The notes: a model not told the origin generated them from the sequence alone. 64,000 nt of DNA from Stegostoma tigrinum (GCF_030684315.1 NC_081394.1:6120658-6184657); one strand, 5' to 3'. Counted from the first letter of the stretch, positions 25,262 through 37,745 are shown. Numbers and translations are program-made.

Positions 25262-26714
25262 GCGTGTTGCTTCTTAGTGTACAGAGAGAAACCTGAAGTG
25301 AGAGCTTCTCCTTCCCCTCGTCAGCAAACTGGGACTTTTCCCCATCCCATCAGTTCCCCACTGTAGCTGTGTGACCCCATTATACTAAAGACTGACACAG
25401 CCAACTTGGTCGAATAGCCCTGAACAGAAACATCTTTGTTATCAGAACTGAATATACATTCTGGATGATGCATCTTGTTCATGCAGTGAGGAATTCCAAG
25501 AAGCATGTCAGTTATGAACATTGTTACATTGATTAACAGAATAAAATACCCTGGCCGATCTGCCGATAAATATCAATTAAACTCTGCATTGATTCAAACT
25601 TGTTTGTGTCAAAGATGGGATCACACTTTGTCAGCTTGCCCACATTATTTGAAATCTTGAGTTAATAGTAGAATGGAAATTTCCAATGTAAACATGTCAC
25701 ATTGTATTTACAGCCTCCTGCCATTTGTGGCACTGTCATGTTCCTGCCTTGCTTCTCAGGTACAGGAGGAACAATTCCAAGCGACTACGTTGCTCAAATG
25801 TGGGCTTCAGGGAAATTTTTGCACCGTGCTAAAAATGTTTTTAGGATAATACACGCTCAGAAAGTAACCATTGGCAGTGCACCACTCACCCAGTACTGCC
25901 CTCTGACAAAGTGGCACACTCTCAGTCCTAACACTGCAATAGTAGAGCACTCTCTCAGGAGTGAAACTCAGACAAAGTTTCATACTCCCTCCCTTTCTCT
26001 GTAATTTCCTCCAGCTCCTGCACCATCCCTATGTCTGCACCCTCTTCTCGCCCTACACTCTTCCCTATCTCTGTATTCTCCCCAACCCCCACATAAACCT
26101 TCTATAATTGTGTAGACATCTCTAGCCCTTACCCCCGTCACTATGTTTGTAGCTTCCTCCAGACCAAACAACATTCTGAGGTCTGTTTGTTTCACCAGTT
26201 CTTCACCACCTCGTTTCTATTGCTGTCCCCCCTTAGTGGCCCTGAGCTCTGGAACCCCCTCCCTAAATCTTGTGGCTGTTGGGGGGATTTCAGAGACTCT
26301 CACAACACAGCAGCAGTCAGAACAGAATGTCCAGGCCTGACAATTCCTGCCCAGTCTCCCCAGCACAGTAACCACAAGAAGGAAGTAGCATTACTGATAG
26401 TTAAACAGAACACAGAGCAGTTCATATGTAAAGGTCAGAATTTATCGCTTCCCTCTGTTGCTGATCTACAGAACAGTTAAAATTCATAAAATCACAGACT
26501 GACACAGTGCAAAAAGAGGACGTTCAGCCTATCCTGCCGGTTCTGGCTACCTGATAGATCAAAGCAATTAGTTTCAATGTTCACTCATTCAACTGTGTCC
26601 AAATGTCATTTTGAAAGTTCCGGTTGAATCTGCTTCCATCTCCCTTTCAGAACATGGGTTCCATGTCTGAACAGCTCAGTGTGAACAATAAACCTGAGCC
26701 TGCCTGCTCAGTCA
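25262..26714 (+). repeat. Segmental duplication copy 1 (paralogue of 47828-49530)
   Basis: Colinear similarity from ttgcttcttagtgta to cctgagcctgcctgctcagtcac. Confidence 0.9.
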
Positions 26715-27109
26715 CAGAAACCATAATGTGAGACAGTGTATACATGACAAAATGGCTCAGAGTGCACAGCAGCACAGTATAGCCTATTCATGTGTCTATT
26801 GAGATGATCCCCTTTGAAGCCTCTGATTTTATTGCACTCTGTGAAAGTGTTTTAGATGCAGGGGAAATTACCAATCAGAATCTCAAATTTCCTGGGCAAT
26901 TCCTATGGAGGTAGCTGCTTGTGGGATTCTGCAGAGTTCTGATACACAGCTCCAGCCTGCAGTGTTCCAATATGTATTTGTCCATCCGGATTTCCAGGAT
27001 ATTTGGCCCAACAGGTCTACACCATTGTTCATGTAGTGAGGGATTCCAAGGAGCATGTCAGTTATGAACACCAACCAAAGAACCCATCTCCCACCTTCCC
27101 AACTATATC

Positions 27110-27352
27110 CCTGTAAGCCTGCATATCCAAAGCTAACCCACTTAGCCTGCACATTCCTGAACACTATGCGCAATTTAGCATGGCCAATCCACTTAATTTG
27201 CGCATCTTTGGGCTGTGGGAGAAAGCTGGAGCACCTGGAAAATCACTGGGACACAGGGAGAATGTGCAAACATCACACAGACAGTCACATGCATGTGGAA
27301 TTGAACCCGGTTCCCTGGCACCGTGAGGCAGCAATGCTGATCACCGCGCCAT
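27110..27352 (-). mobile_element. HE1/V-SINE
   Basis: caatttagcatggccaatcc..tgtgggag.aa.ctggagcacc.ga..gggagaatgtgcaaac. Confidence 0.8.
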
Positions 27353-28399
27353 GCCAACTGGTGATTGTCTCTGTTGTAGCATCATTTTAGAATGCATGTT
27401 TCATGAATCCACTTGAGTGACTCCGAATCGGCTATTTCAGTTTCATGGACATGGATGTACAGGGAATATGATGTTGAGTAGTACAGGAGTGAACATCGTG
27501 TTTTTCCTCTCTCCGTTACATTATCAACTTTGGAATTCACTGTTGACTGGTATGCTGGGCTCTCTGTAGAGGCAGAGCCAAACTGTTTCCTAACTGAGGA
27601 AATTGTCTTTACAGATAACATTTGGTCAGCATGATTTCCTGAGTTTGTCTTGATCACCTGAGGTGATTGAAGAGGAAAGGCAAAACTGCTCATGTCTTTT
27701 GCTTTAATAACTTCCACCAGAAGATTGCGCGGATGCATGGTGTGGTGAGTTGAAGATGGTGGGGAGAAATGTTTTGCAAGAATGGTCACACCATCATAGT
27801 GTAAATGAAGCTTGACCAACCAAAATTATTTCTATATATTTGGGCGAAAGATCAGCCCATGTCGTTATTTGGGAGAAACCAACTGGTATTCATGCAACCA
27901 GTTACAGCCAGCAACAAAGAGACCTTGAGGTGCTGGCTAATATTTCATTGAAAATAATTTACAGGTAGACAGGGTGGTGAAGAAGGCATCTTGTTTATGT
28001 GCCTTTATTGATCAGTGCATTGAATACAGAAGTCGGGAGGTCATGTTGCAGCTGTATACAACTTGGATAGAGATAATGGGAACTGCAGATGCTGGAGAAT
28101 CCGAGATAACAAAATGTGGAGCTGGATGAACATAGCAGGCCAAGCAGCATCTTCGGAGCACTAAGATGCTGCTTGGCCTGCTGTATTCATCCAGCTCCAC
28201 ATTTTGTTTTGAGAAGATTTGTAGCTCAGGTTGAGGTTCTGGATGTGAGTTTGCTCGCTGAGCTGGAAGGTTAGTTTTCAGACGTTTCGTCACCATTCTA
28301 GGTAACATCCGACGAAGAGCCTCCGACGAAGCGCTGGTGTTATGTCCTGCTTTCTATTTATCTGGTTATGTTTCCTTGGGTTGGTGATGTCATTTCCTG

Positions 28400-30802
28400 T
28401 TCTTTTTCTCAGGGGATGGTAGATTGGCTCCAAATCAATGTGTTTGTTGATGGAGTTCCGGTTGGAATGCCATGCTTCTAGGAATTCTCATGTGTGTCTC
28501 TGTTTGGCTTGACCTAGGATGGATGTGTTGTCCCAATCAAAGTGGTGTCCTTCCTCATCTGTGTGTAAGGATACGAGTGATAGTGGGTCATGTCGTTTTG
28601 TGGCTAGTTGATGTTCATGTATCCTGGTGGCTAGCTTTCTGCCAGTTTGTCCAATGTAGTGTTTGTCACAGTTCTTGCAAGGTATTTTGTAGATGACGTT
28701 CGTTTTACTTGTTGTCTGTATAGGGTCTTTTAAGTTCATTAGCTGCTGTTTTAGTGTGTTGGTGGGTTTGTGGGCTACCCTGATGCCAAGAGGCCCGAGT
28801 AGTCTGGCAGTCATTGTGGAAATGTCTTTGATGTAGGGGAGAGTGGTTATGGTTTCTGAGCCCGTTTTGTCTGTTTGTTTGGGTTTATTGCTGAGAAATC
28901 GGCGGACTGTGTTCATAGGGTACCCATTCTTTTTGAATACGCTGTATAGGTGATTTTCCTCTGCTCTGCGTAGTTCCTCTGTGCTGCAGTGTGTGGTGGC
29001 TCGTTGGAATAATGTTCTAATGCAGCTTCGTTTGTGGGTGTTGGGATGGTTGCTCCTGTAGTTCAGTATTTGGTCCGTATGTGTTGCTTTTCCTGTAGAC
29101 GCCGGTTTGAAGTTCCCCATTGGCTGTTCGCTCTACTGTGGCATCTAGGAATGGCAGTTTGCTGTTGTTTTCTTCCTCTTTTGTGAATGTTATGCCAGTA
29201 AGGGTATTATTGATGGTTTTGAAGGTTTCCTCTAATTTGTTTTGTTTAGTGATGACAAAGGTGTCATCCACATAGCGGACCCAAAGTTTGGGTTGGATGA
29301 TTGGCAGAGCTGTTTGTTTGAGTCTCTAAGAACCCTGATATCAGAGATCCCATGGGTGTACCGTTGGTTTGTCTGTAGGTTTTGTTATTGAAAGTGAAGT
29401 GGGTGGTGAGGCATAGGTCCACTAGCTTGATGATGTTGTCCTTGCTGATGGGGTTGGTGCTGTCTGGTGTATGTGTCTTCGGTTCTTCTAATAGTGTAGT
29501 CAGTGTTTCTTTGGCCAGGTTGATGTTGCTGGATGTGAACAGGGCTGTTACGTCAAAGGAGACCATTATTTAATCCTCTTCTATCTTGGTGTCTTTGATG
29601 GTGTTCAGGAATTCTTGGGTGGAGTGAATGGAGTGGTGGGAGTCTTCTACTAGGTGTTTTAGTCTTTGGTGTAGTTCCTTGGCTAATCTGTCGGTTGGTG
29701 TTCCAGGTAGCGACACTGTGGGCCTGAGAGGGGCTCCTGGTTTGTGAATTTTTGGTAGTCCGTAGAAGCGTGGTGTGTTGGATCCATCTGGTTTCATTTT
29801 TTGGAAGTCTCTCTTGTTTAATTCTCCAGATTTTTGAAGTTTTTTGAGTAAGGCTGTGATTCGGTTCTCTCGTTGTGGGGTCGGGTCTATCGCCACCTGT
29901 TGGTAAGTATCGGTATCTGCAAGCAGTGCATTCGCTTTCTCAACGTCGTCTGTTCGGTTTGAGATGACTGCCAAGCGTCCTTTGTCTGCAGGTCGGGTAA
30001 CGATGTTTTTATCTTTCTTGAGTCCTTTTAGGGCTTTCCTTTCTTGTGTGTTGAGTGTGTTTTCTTCCTTTTTCCTGCTTAATGTTGGTGCGACTGTCTG
30101 TCTGATGGTTTGCTGGGTTTCTTCTGAGAGTTTGTTGTCTTTCAGTGTTGCTTCTAACGCTGCTAAGAAATCTTTCTTGTCCACATCCTGGAAGTTGTAA
30201 TTTAACCCTCTTACTAAGACGGCTTTTTCAGTGTCTGTTAATGGTCGGTCAGATAAGTTTTTTATCCATGCTTCTATGCTGTCTGTGTTGTTATTTTGTG
30301 TGAGTTTGTCTAGTTTATTCTGCAGGTCTAGTTTTTTTGTTTTTTGTGTTTGCCGTTGCCTGATGTCTATGGCTCGTTGTACTGTGTCTGTCCATTCATG
30401 GTCTGTCGCGTTAGTGAGTAAAGTTTTTTGGCGCGAAATTTCCCGGTTATATTTACGGAGTCTGTTGTGGGCGTCATTGATCATTTCTCTGAGCATTCTG
30501 CGGCCGTTTTGCTCTGCTGTGCTTTTGGCTAGCGGGGTGTTAAGGGGAGGTTTGTATTTGAGACATTTTGGTAGTACCTGTTTCCTTAGGCATTCATGCA
30601 GGAAGTACAGCTGTTTGCGGGTGGCACTCTGTCGGATGGCACTGGTTTCCCATCTTCGGGCCAGTTTTAGCGTATTGCACCCATAGGTGCGAGCGAGTTT
30701 TGAGAAGATTTGTAGCTCAGGTTGAGGTTCTGGATGTGAGATTGCTCACTGAGCTGGAAGGTTAGTTTTCAGACGTTTCGTCACCATTCTAGGTAACATC
30801 AT
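28400..30802 (-). pseudogene. Poseidon-like RT-GIY-YIG ORF with a few stops and frameshifts
   Basis: LARRWE..FLHECL..VLP; PADKG; PRFYGLPKIHKPGAPLRP; MVSFDVTALFT; GTPMGS; YVDDTF; LPFLD; NVIYKIPCKNCDKHYIGQTGR. Confidence 0.92.
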
Positions 30803-30808
30803 CAGTGA
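30769..30808 (-). ncRNA. Minimal type I hammerhead ribozyme in the 5' pseudo-LTR
   Basis: UCA-CUGAUGA-U-GUUACC UAGAAU GGUGAC-GAAAC-GUC-UGA: 3-bp stem I, 6-bp stem II, ACGU palindrome; predicted cleavage after 30772. Confidence 0.85.
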
Positions 30809-33519
30809 GCCTTTGTCATCACTAAACAAAACAAATTAGAGGAAACCTTCAAGACCATCAATAATACCCTTTACTGGCATAACATTCACAAAAGAGGAGG
30901 AAAACAACAGCAAACTGCCATTCCTAGATGTCACGGTCGAGCGAACAGCCAATGGGGAACTTCAAACCAGCGTCTACAGGAAAACAACACATACGGACCA
31001 AATACTGAACTACAGGAGCAACCATCCCAACACCCACAAACGAAGCTGCATTAGAACATTATTCCAACGAGCCACCACACACTGCAGCACAAAGGAACTA
31101 CGCAGAGCAGAGGAAAATCACCTATACAGCGTATTCAAAAAGAATGGGTACCCTATGAACACAGTCCGCCGATTTCTCAGCAATAAACCCAAACAAACAG
31201 ACAAAACGGGCTCAGAAACCATAAGCACTCTCCCCTACATCAAAGTCATTTCCGAAATGACTGCCAGACTACTCGGACCCCTTGGCATCAGGGTAACCCA
31301 CAAACCCACCAACACACTAAAACAGCAGCTAATGAACTTAAAAGACCCTATACAGACAACAAGCAAAACGAACGTCATCTACAAAATACCTTGCAAGAAC
31401 TGTGACAAACACTACATTGGACAAACTGGCAGAAAGCTAGCCACCAGGATACATGAACATCACTAGCCACAAAACGACATGACCCACTATCACTCGTATC
31501 CTTACACACAGATGAGGAAGGACACCACTTTGATTGGGACATCACATCCATCCTAGGACAAGCCAAACAGAGACACACACGAGAATTCCTAGAAGCATGG
31601 TATTCCAACCGGAACTCCATCAACAAACACATTGATTTGGAGCCCATCTACCACCCTCTGAGAAAAAGAACAGGAAATGACATCACCAACGCAGGAAATG
31701 GCATCACCAACCCAAGGAAACCTAACCAGATAAATAGAGAGCGGGACATAACACCAGCGCTTCACCAGAGGCTCACTGATGTTGTTACCTAGAATGGTGA
31801 CGAAACATCTGAAAACTAACCTTCCAGCTCAGCGAGCAAACTCACATCCACCACATTTTGTTATCTAGGACATTGGATAGTCCACTTTTGGAATAATGCA
31901 ATCAATTCAGACCTATTTGCAGGAGGAAAAATGTTATTAAATTTGAAAGGGTGCAGAAAAGACGTGCACAGACATTGTCAACATTGGTCGAATGAGCGAT
32001 AGAAAGAAGCTAAATAGGCCGGGACTATTTTCCCCTGAAGCATCAGAAGCCGACAGGTGACTGTTGGGGAAGCTTACAAAATCATGAGTGGTGTGGATAC
32101 AGTGAAGAGACAGGTCTTTTCCTCCGGGCGAGTTATCCAAAACGAGAGGGTATAGGCCTAAGGTGAGTTGGGAAAGATTTAAAAGACACCTAAGGGGCAA
32201 CTTCTCCACACAGTTGCGTGCATGGAATGAGCGGTCAGAGGAAGTGGCGGAGGTGGGTACAATTACAACATTTACGATGGGTATGTGAATAGGAAGGGCT
32301 TAGAAGAATATGGGCCAGATGTTGGCAAATGGGACTATACTACTTTAAGATATCTTGTCAGCTTGGACGAGTTGGACAGAATGGTCTGTTTCCATGTTAT
32401 GCGTCTCAATGACTCCACGAGATCATAACTGGCCTTATTTCGTCATTATTTGCATCCAGCAACAGTCCTGCTTAATAACTGGAACAAGGTTCCAAGGCAG
32501 GCTTTCAATTCTGATTACTGCATATACCAGGAGGCTGGGAGATTTCATCACATGAGTTTGTATCTCAAAAGAATGGTTCCCTAGTATAATCAGATATATC
32601 AGTATAGATCAGACATATAACGGCAGTTAGATACCCACAATCCTTTGCGGTTCGGAAACCTCTCTATTCACCATATCATTTTAATACAGTCCTCTGCAGA
32701 ATAAATTCTGCCGCAGTGTTAACTGGGCCGAGTAACTGGCAACTTTACATTGGGGAATAGGATTTTCACATCTTTGTTCACCATTTGGCCCTCTCGGCCT
32801 ATTCTACCATTCACTGAGGTAATGCTGTTGTGTTCTGAAGAAATCTTTAGTCTCAAAATGTTACCATTGTTTCTCTATCTATAGAAGCTGCCAAATTTGT
32901 TGAGTTCCTCCTTTGATTTTATTTCAGATCTACAGCAACTCCAGCATTTTGCTTTCATATGGCTAACTGGCTGTTCTGTCAACTCCACTTTCCTGCCTGT
33001 GTCCCCTAACTCTCAACTTCATTGTCAATCAAAAATCTACCCAACTTGCCCTCAAATAATTTAATGACACAGCTTCCATTGCTTTCTGGGAAAGAAAGCT
33101 CTACAGACCAACAGTTCTATGAGAGAAAACAAATTATTCTCATCTGCAACTTAAAATGTACATCTCTCATCCTTAAACCTTGTCACTGGTTCTAGATTCC
33201 CACAAGAGAAGACATCTGTCCATGGTCCATAAAATCAAATGCCCCTCAGGATCTTACATGTTTCAGTAAAATCACCCCTCAGTCTGCAAAATCTGCATGT
33301 GCATAGGCCCAACCTTTTCACCCTTTAACCTTTGGCTTAGCACCTATTGGAGACAGGCGGCAGAAAGGACAGAATTCCATTCCACAGAAAGAGAAGGCAG
33401 AAGAGGTACATAGTTGAGGTAATCAGAAAGAATTTGATGGGGTAAGCATAGAGAAGGTGTTTCCAAGTGAGGGATGTAGCACAAGGGCATTAGGACACTA
33501 GAGTGTTCTTACAAATGAA

Positions 33520-33820
33520 GGTGGCACGGTGGCTCAGTGGTTAACATTGCTGCCTCATAGCACCAGGAGCCTGGGGTCAAATCCACTCTTGGGCAACTGT
33601 TTGTGTGGATTTTTCACATTCTCCCCATGTCTGGTGGATGCTCTGGTTTCCTCCCTCAGCCCAAAGATATGCAGGCTAGGGGGAATTGACCATTCTAAAT
33701 TGCCCATAGTGTTCAGGGTTGTGTGGATTAGGTGGGTTATGGGGGCTGCGTCTGGGTGGGATGCTGTGAGAGTTGGTGTGGACTTGCTGGGCTGAAGGGC
33801 CTGTTTCCCTACTGTAGGGA
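33520..33820 (+). mobile_element. Full-length HE1/V-SINE
   Basis: ggtggcacggtggctcagtggtta head, B-box-like ggtcaaatcc, V-domain, tail gggctgaagggcctgtttccct. Confidence 0.9.
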
Positions 33821-34339
33821 GTCTGAGTCTAAGCCATGTCCCCGAGCTACATATAAATGGGCAGAATGAGCAATAGAATCCTATACCTGATGAGAACATG
33901 GACATGAAGCACAATGTGACACAAAAAAATTAGTCCTTACCCAATGGTACTTTAAGACGTTTGAGCAGACATTGACCATTCAGCCCATCAAGTCTGCTCT
34001 GCCATTCAATGAGATCATGTCTGATCTAATAATCCTCAACTGCCATTGCCCTGTAATTCTCGATTCTCTTACTGATTAAGAATCTGCGTGGCTCAGCTTG
34101 GAAAATGAGGAATGACTTAGCCCCTATGGCCCTTTGTGGTAAGGAATGTAGAGAATCACTACATGTTAAGATGGATTTCTCGTCATCTCTCTTATCTCCT
34201 TACTCTGATATGGTGCACTCGAGTGTTAAGTCATTCTCACAATGGGAAATACCCTTGCATTATCTACCTTGTCGAATTCCATACAGGAAGTGGTAAAGGA
34301 GGCATATGGCATACTCAATTCCCAAACAATAGAGATGTC

Positions 34340-36095
34340 ATGTCTAACAAAGTGTTGAGCTGGAGAAACACAGCAGGCCAGCAGCTTCGGAGAAATAGGA
34401 ACACTGACCCTTCCGGTCGAGACCCATCTTCACGATGGGAATGGGGAGGGGAGTTTAGAAAGAAATAGGGAGAGGAGGGGAAGGGCTGGGGAAGGTACGT
34501 GGGATGGTGATAGATGAGAGCAGGTAGGCAGTGGTGGGAATTGGTCAGTGAGGTGGGAGGAGCAGACAAGCGGGCGAGAAGATGGATAGGATATATCAGA
34601 TCACGGCGGTGGGGATGAGAGGACTGGTTGGTCACTGGATAAGGCCGGGGGTGGGGGAGAATTTGAAACTGGTAAAGTCCACATTTACGCCATTGGGCTG
34701 TAGCATCCTGAGGCGGAGTATGAAGTAAGATAAAAATGTGTAGAGCTGGATGAACACAGCAGGCCAAGCAACATCAGAGGAGCAAGAAGGCTGATGTTTC
34801 GGGCCTAGACTCTTTTCATTTCTGAGGAAGAGTCTAGGCCTGAAACATCAGCCTTCTTGCTCCTCTGATGCTGCTTGGCCTGCTGTGTTCATCCAGCTCT
34901 ACACCTGATTATCTCAGGTTCTCCAGCATCTGCAGTTCCTACTATTGCAGAGTATGTAGTGTTGCACCTCCAGTTTGCGGGTAGTGTCATTGTGGCACTG
35001 GAGGAGGGCCCAGGATGGGCATGTCTCCCAAGGAGTGGGAGGGGATGGTAAAGTTTGGCTGTCGTTGTTTTTAGCATACAGAGTGCAGATGCTCTACCAA
35101 ATGGTCTATGAGTCTCCGCTTGGTCTCACTGATGTACAGGAGGCCCCATGGGGTGCAATGGATACAGTAGGCCAAGTTGACAGATGTGCAGGTGAACCCA
35201 TATCTGATGTCAAAGCTATGTTTTTTTGCCATGATTAGAGGAAAGGTGTGAAGTGTAGCACTTTCTGCGGGTGCAGGGAAAGGTGCTGATAGTGGTGGGG
35301 TTAGTGGGGAGTGTGGAGTGGACAAATGAGTCATGGAGAGAGTGGTCCCGACGAAAGGCAGATATGGGTGGGTAGTAAAATATTTTTTGTGTGGAAATGG
35401 ATTGTAGGCGGCGGAAGTGGCGGAGAATGATATGCTGATCGAGGAGGCTGGTGGGGTGTTATGTGAGGACAAGGAGGATACTGTCTTTATTTTTGTGTTT
35501 TTTTGGGGGCAAGATGAAGTGAGGGCAGAGGCTTTGGAAATGCAAGAGATGCATTTGATGGCATTTTCAATCACCGGAGGGAGGAAGTTACGGTCCTTGA
35601 CAAAGGAGGACATCTGGGATGTGCGGGAGTGGAACACCCCATCTTGGCAGTGATGAAGGCTTATATTAGGGAGTAGGGATCACAGGAAGGTGAGTGAGAG
35701 GAGGTCTAGTCTAGCAGTTATGGGAGTCGCTGAGCTTGAAATAGATGTCGGTCATATCAGAGATAGAACCAGATTTTTCCAGGAAGGAGAGGTGGATACC
35801 CAAGAATTTGAGGCTTGGATGAAAGGCGTTAGTAAAGTTGATGAACAGTTCAAGCTCCTCATGAGGTAACACCAATACAGTCACCAATATAGTAGAGGAA
35901 GAGGTGAGGGATAGTGCCAGTGTTACAGCAGAAAGGGAATGTCCCACGTATCCTACAAAGAGGCAGACATAAATAGGGCCCACGGGGGTGACCATGGCCA
36001 CCCCCTTAGACTGTAGTAAGTGGGAGGAGTTGAAGTAGAAGTTGTGAAGGCTAGGGACAAGATCAGTTAAGCAGATGATACAAGGGGAATGTTTG
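34340..36095 (-). mobile_element. Older Neptune-like PLE, with a younger fold-back mini-element inserted at about 34727-34945
   Basis: QSKGVAMVTPVGPIYVCLFVGY; FTCTSVNLAYCIHC..LLYISETKRRL; insert flanked by gc(g/a)gagtatg(a/t)agt. Confidence 0.85.
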
Positions 36096-36096
36096 G

Positions 36097-37745
36097 GGCT
36101 GAGGGAGTGCTGCACTGTCAGACCATCAGTGCTGAGTGAACTCTGCTCAGTTAGAGGGTCAGTGCTGAGGGAGCGCCGCACTGTCGGAGGGTCAGTGCTG
36201 AGGGAGTGCCGCCCTGTTAGAGGGTCAGTGCTGAGGGAGCGCCGCACTGTCGGAGGGTCAGTGCTGAGGGAGCGCCGCACTGTCGGAGGGTCAGTGCTGA
36301 GGGAGAGCCGCGCTGTCGGAGGGTCAGTGCTGAGGGAGAGCCGCACTGTTGGATGGTCAGTGCTGAGGGAGTGCCGCACTGTCGGAGGGTCAGTGCTGAG
36401 GGAGCGCCGCACTGCCGGAAGGTCAGTGCTGAGGGAGTGCTGCACTGTTGGAGGGTCAGTGCTGAGGGAGCGCCGTACTGTCGGAGGGTCAGTGCTGAGG
36501 GAGTGCCGCACTGTTGGAGGGTCAGTGCTGAGGGAGTGCCGCACTGTCGGAGGGTCAGTGCTGAGGGAGTGGGCACTGTGGGTGGGTCAGTGCTGAGGGA
36601 GAGCCGCACTGTTGGAGTGTCAGCTGAGGGAGCGCCGCACTGTTGGAGTGTCAGCTGAGGGAGCGCCGCACTGTCGGAGGGTCAGTGCTGAGGGAGTGCC
36701 GCACTGTCGGAGGGTCAGTGCTGAGGGAGCGGACACTGTCGGAGGGTCAGTGCTGAGGGAGCGGACACTGTCAGGGTGTCAGTGCTGAGGGAGCGCCGCA
36801 CTGTCGGAGGGTCAGTGCTGAGGGAGCGCTGCACTGTTGGAGGGTCAGTGCTGAGGGAGCGCCGCGCTGTCGGAGGGTCAGTGCTGAGGGAGAGCCGCAC
36901 TGTTGGAGGGTCAGTGTTGAGGGAGCGCCGCACTGTCGGAGGGTCAGTGCTGAGGGAGCGGTCACTGTCGGAGGGTCAGTGCTGAGGGAGCGCCGCACTG
37001 TTGGAGGGTCAGTGTTGAGGGAGCGCCGCACTGTCGGAGGGTCAGTGCTGAGGGAGCGGTCACTGTCGGAGGGTCAGTGTTGAGGGAGCGCCGCACTGTC
37101 GGAGGGTCAGTGCTGAGGGAGCGGTCACTGTCGGAGGGTCAGTGCTGAGGGAGCGGTCACTGTTGGAGGGTCAGTGCTGAGGGAGCGCCGCACTGTCGGA
37201 GGGTCAGTGCTGAGGGAGCACCGCACTGTCGGAGGGTCAGTGCTGAGGGAGCGCCGCACTGTCGGAGGGTCAGTGCTGAGGGAGCGGTCACTGTCGGAGG
37301 GTCAGTGTTGAGGGAGCGGGCACTGTCAGAGGGTCAGTGCTGAGGGAGCGGTCACTGTCGGAGGGTCAGTCCTGAGGGTGCACCGCACTGTCGGAGGGTC
37401 AGTGCTGAGGGAGTGGGCACTGTCGGAGGGTCAGTCCTGAGGGTGCACCGCACTGTCGGAGGGTCAGTGCTGAGGGAGCGGGCACTGTCAGAGGGTCAGT
37501 GCTGAGGGAGCGGGCACTGTCGGAGGGTCAGTGCTGAGGGAGCGCTGCGCTGTCGGAGGGTCAGTGCTGAGGGAGCGCCGCACTGTTGGAGGGTCAGTCC
37601 TGAGGGAGCGGGCACTGTCGGAGGGTCAGTGCTGAGGGAGCGCCGCACTGTCGGAGGGCCAGTGCTGAGGGTGCACCGCACTGTCGGAGGGTCAGTGCTG
37701 AGAGAGTGCCACAATCTCGGAGGGTCAGTGCTGAGGGTGCTGACC
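36097..37745. repeat. 33/32-bp GC-rich minisatellite (gggtcagtgctgagggagcgccgcactgtcgga)n, about 50 units
   Basis: Head-to-tail units without unique spacers; internal dyad CAGTGC...GCACTG. Confidence 0.97.

Larger units (their letters stand above)
28209..31850 (-). mobile_element. Near full-length Penelope/Poseidon-clade PLE with direct pseudo-LTRs and an inverted 5'-truncated copy
   Basis: pLTRs about 28207-28310 and 30698-30811; inverted copy 30812-31850; TSD CCACATTTTGTT at 28197-28208 and 31851-31862. Confidence 0.95.
27960..32420 (+). mobile_element. CR1 LINE 3' portion split by nested PLE insertions (CR1 parts about 27960-28069 and 31867-32420)
   Basis: gtcatgttgcagctgtatacaacttggatag resumes as ggacattggatagtccacttttggaata. 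Confidence 0.8.

Noticed and set aside
26860-27015. EGF-like GGSCL...CICPSGFPG frame
   Set aside because: Internal stop, wrong Cys spacing, no convincing splice sites; likely chance
36097-37745. CRISPR-like array of about 33-bp palindromic repeats
   Set aside because: Units are contiguous with no unique spacers, there are no cas genes, and the context is vertebrate
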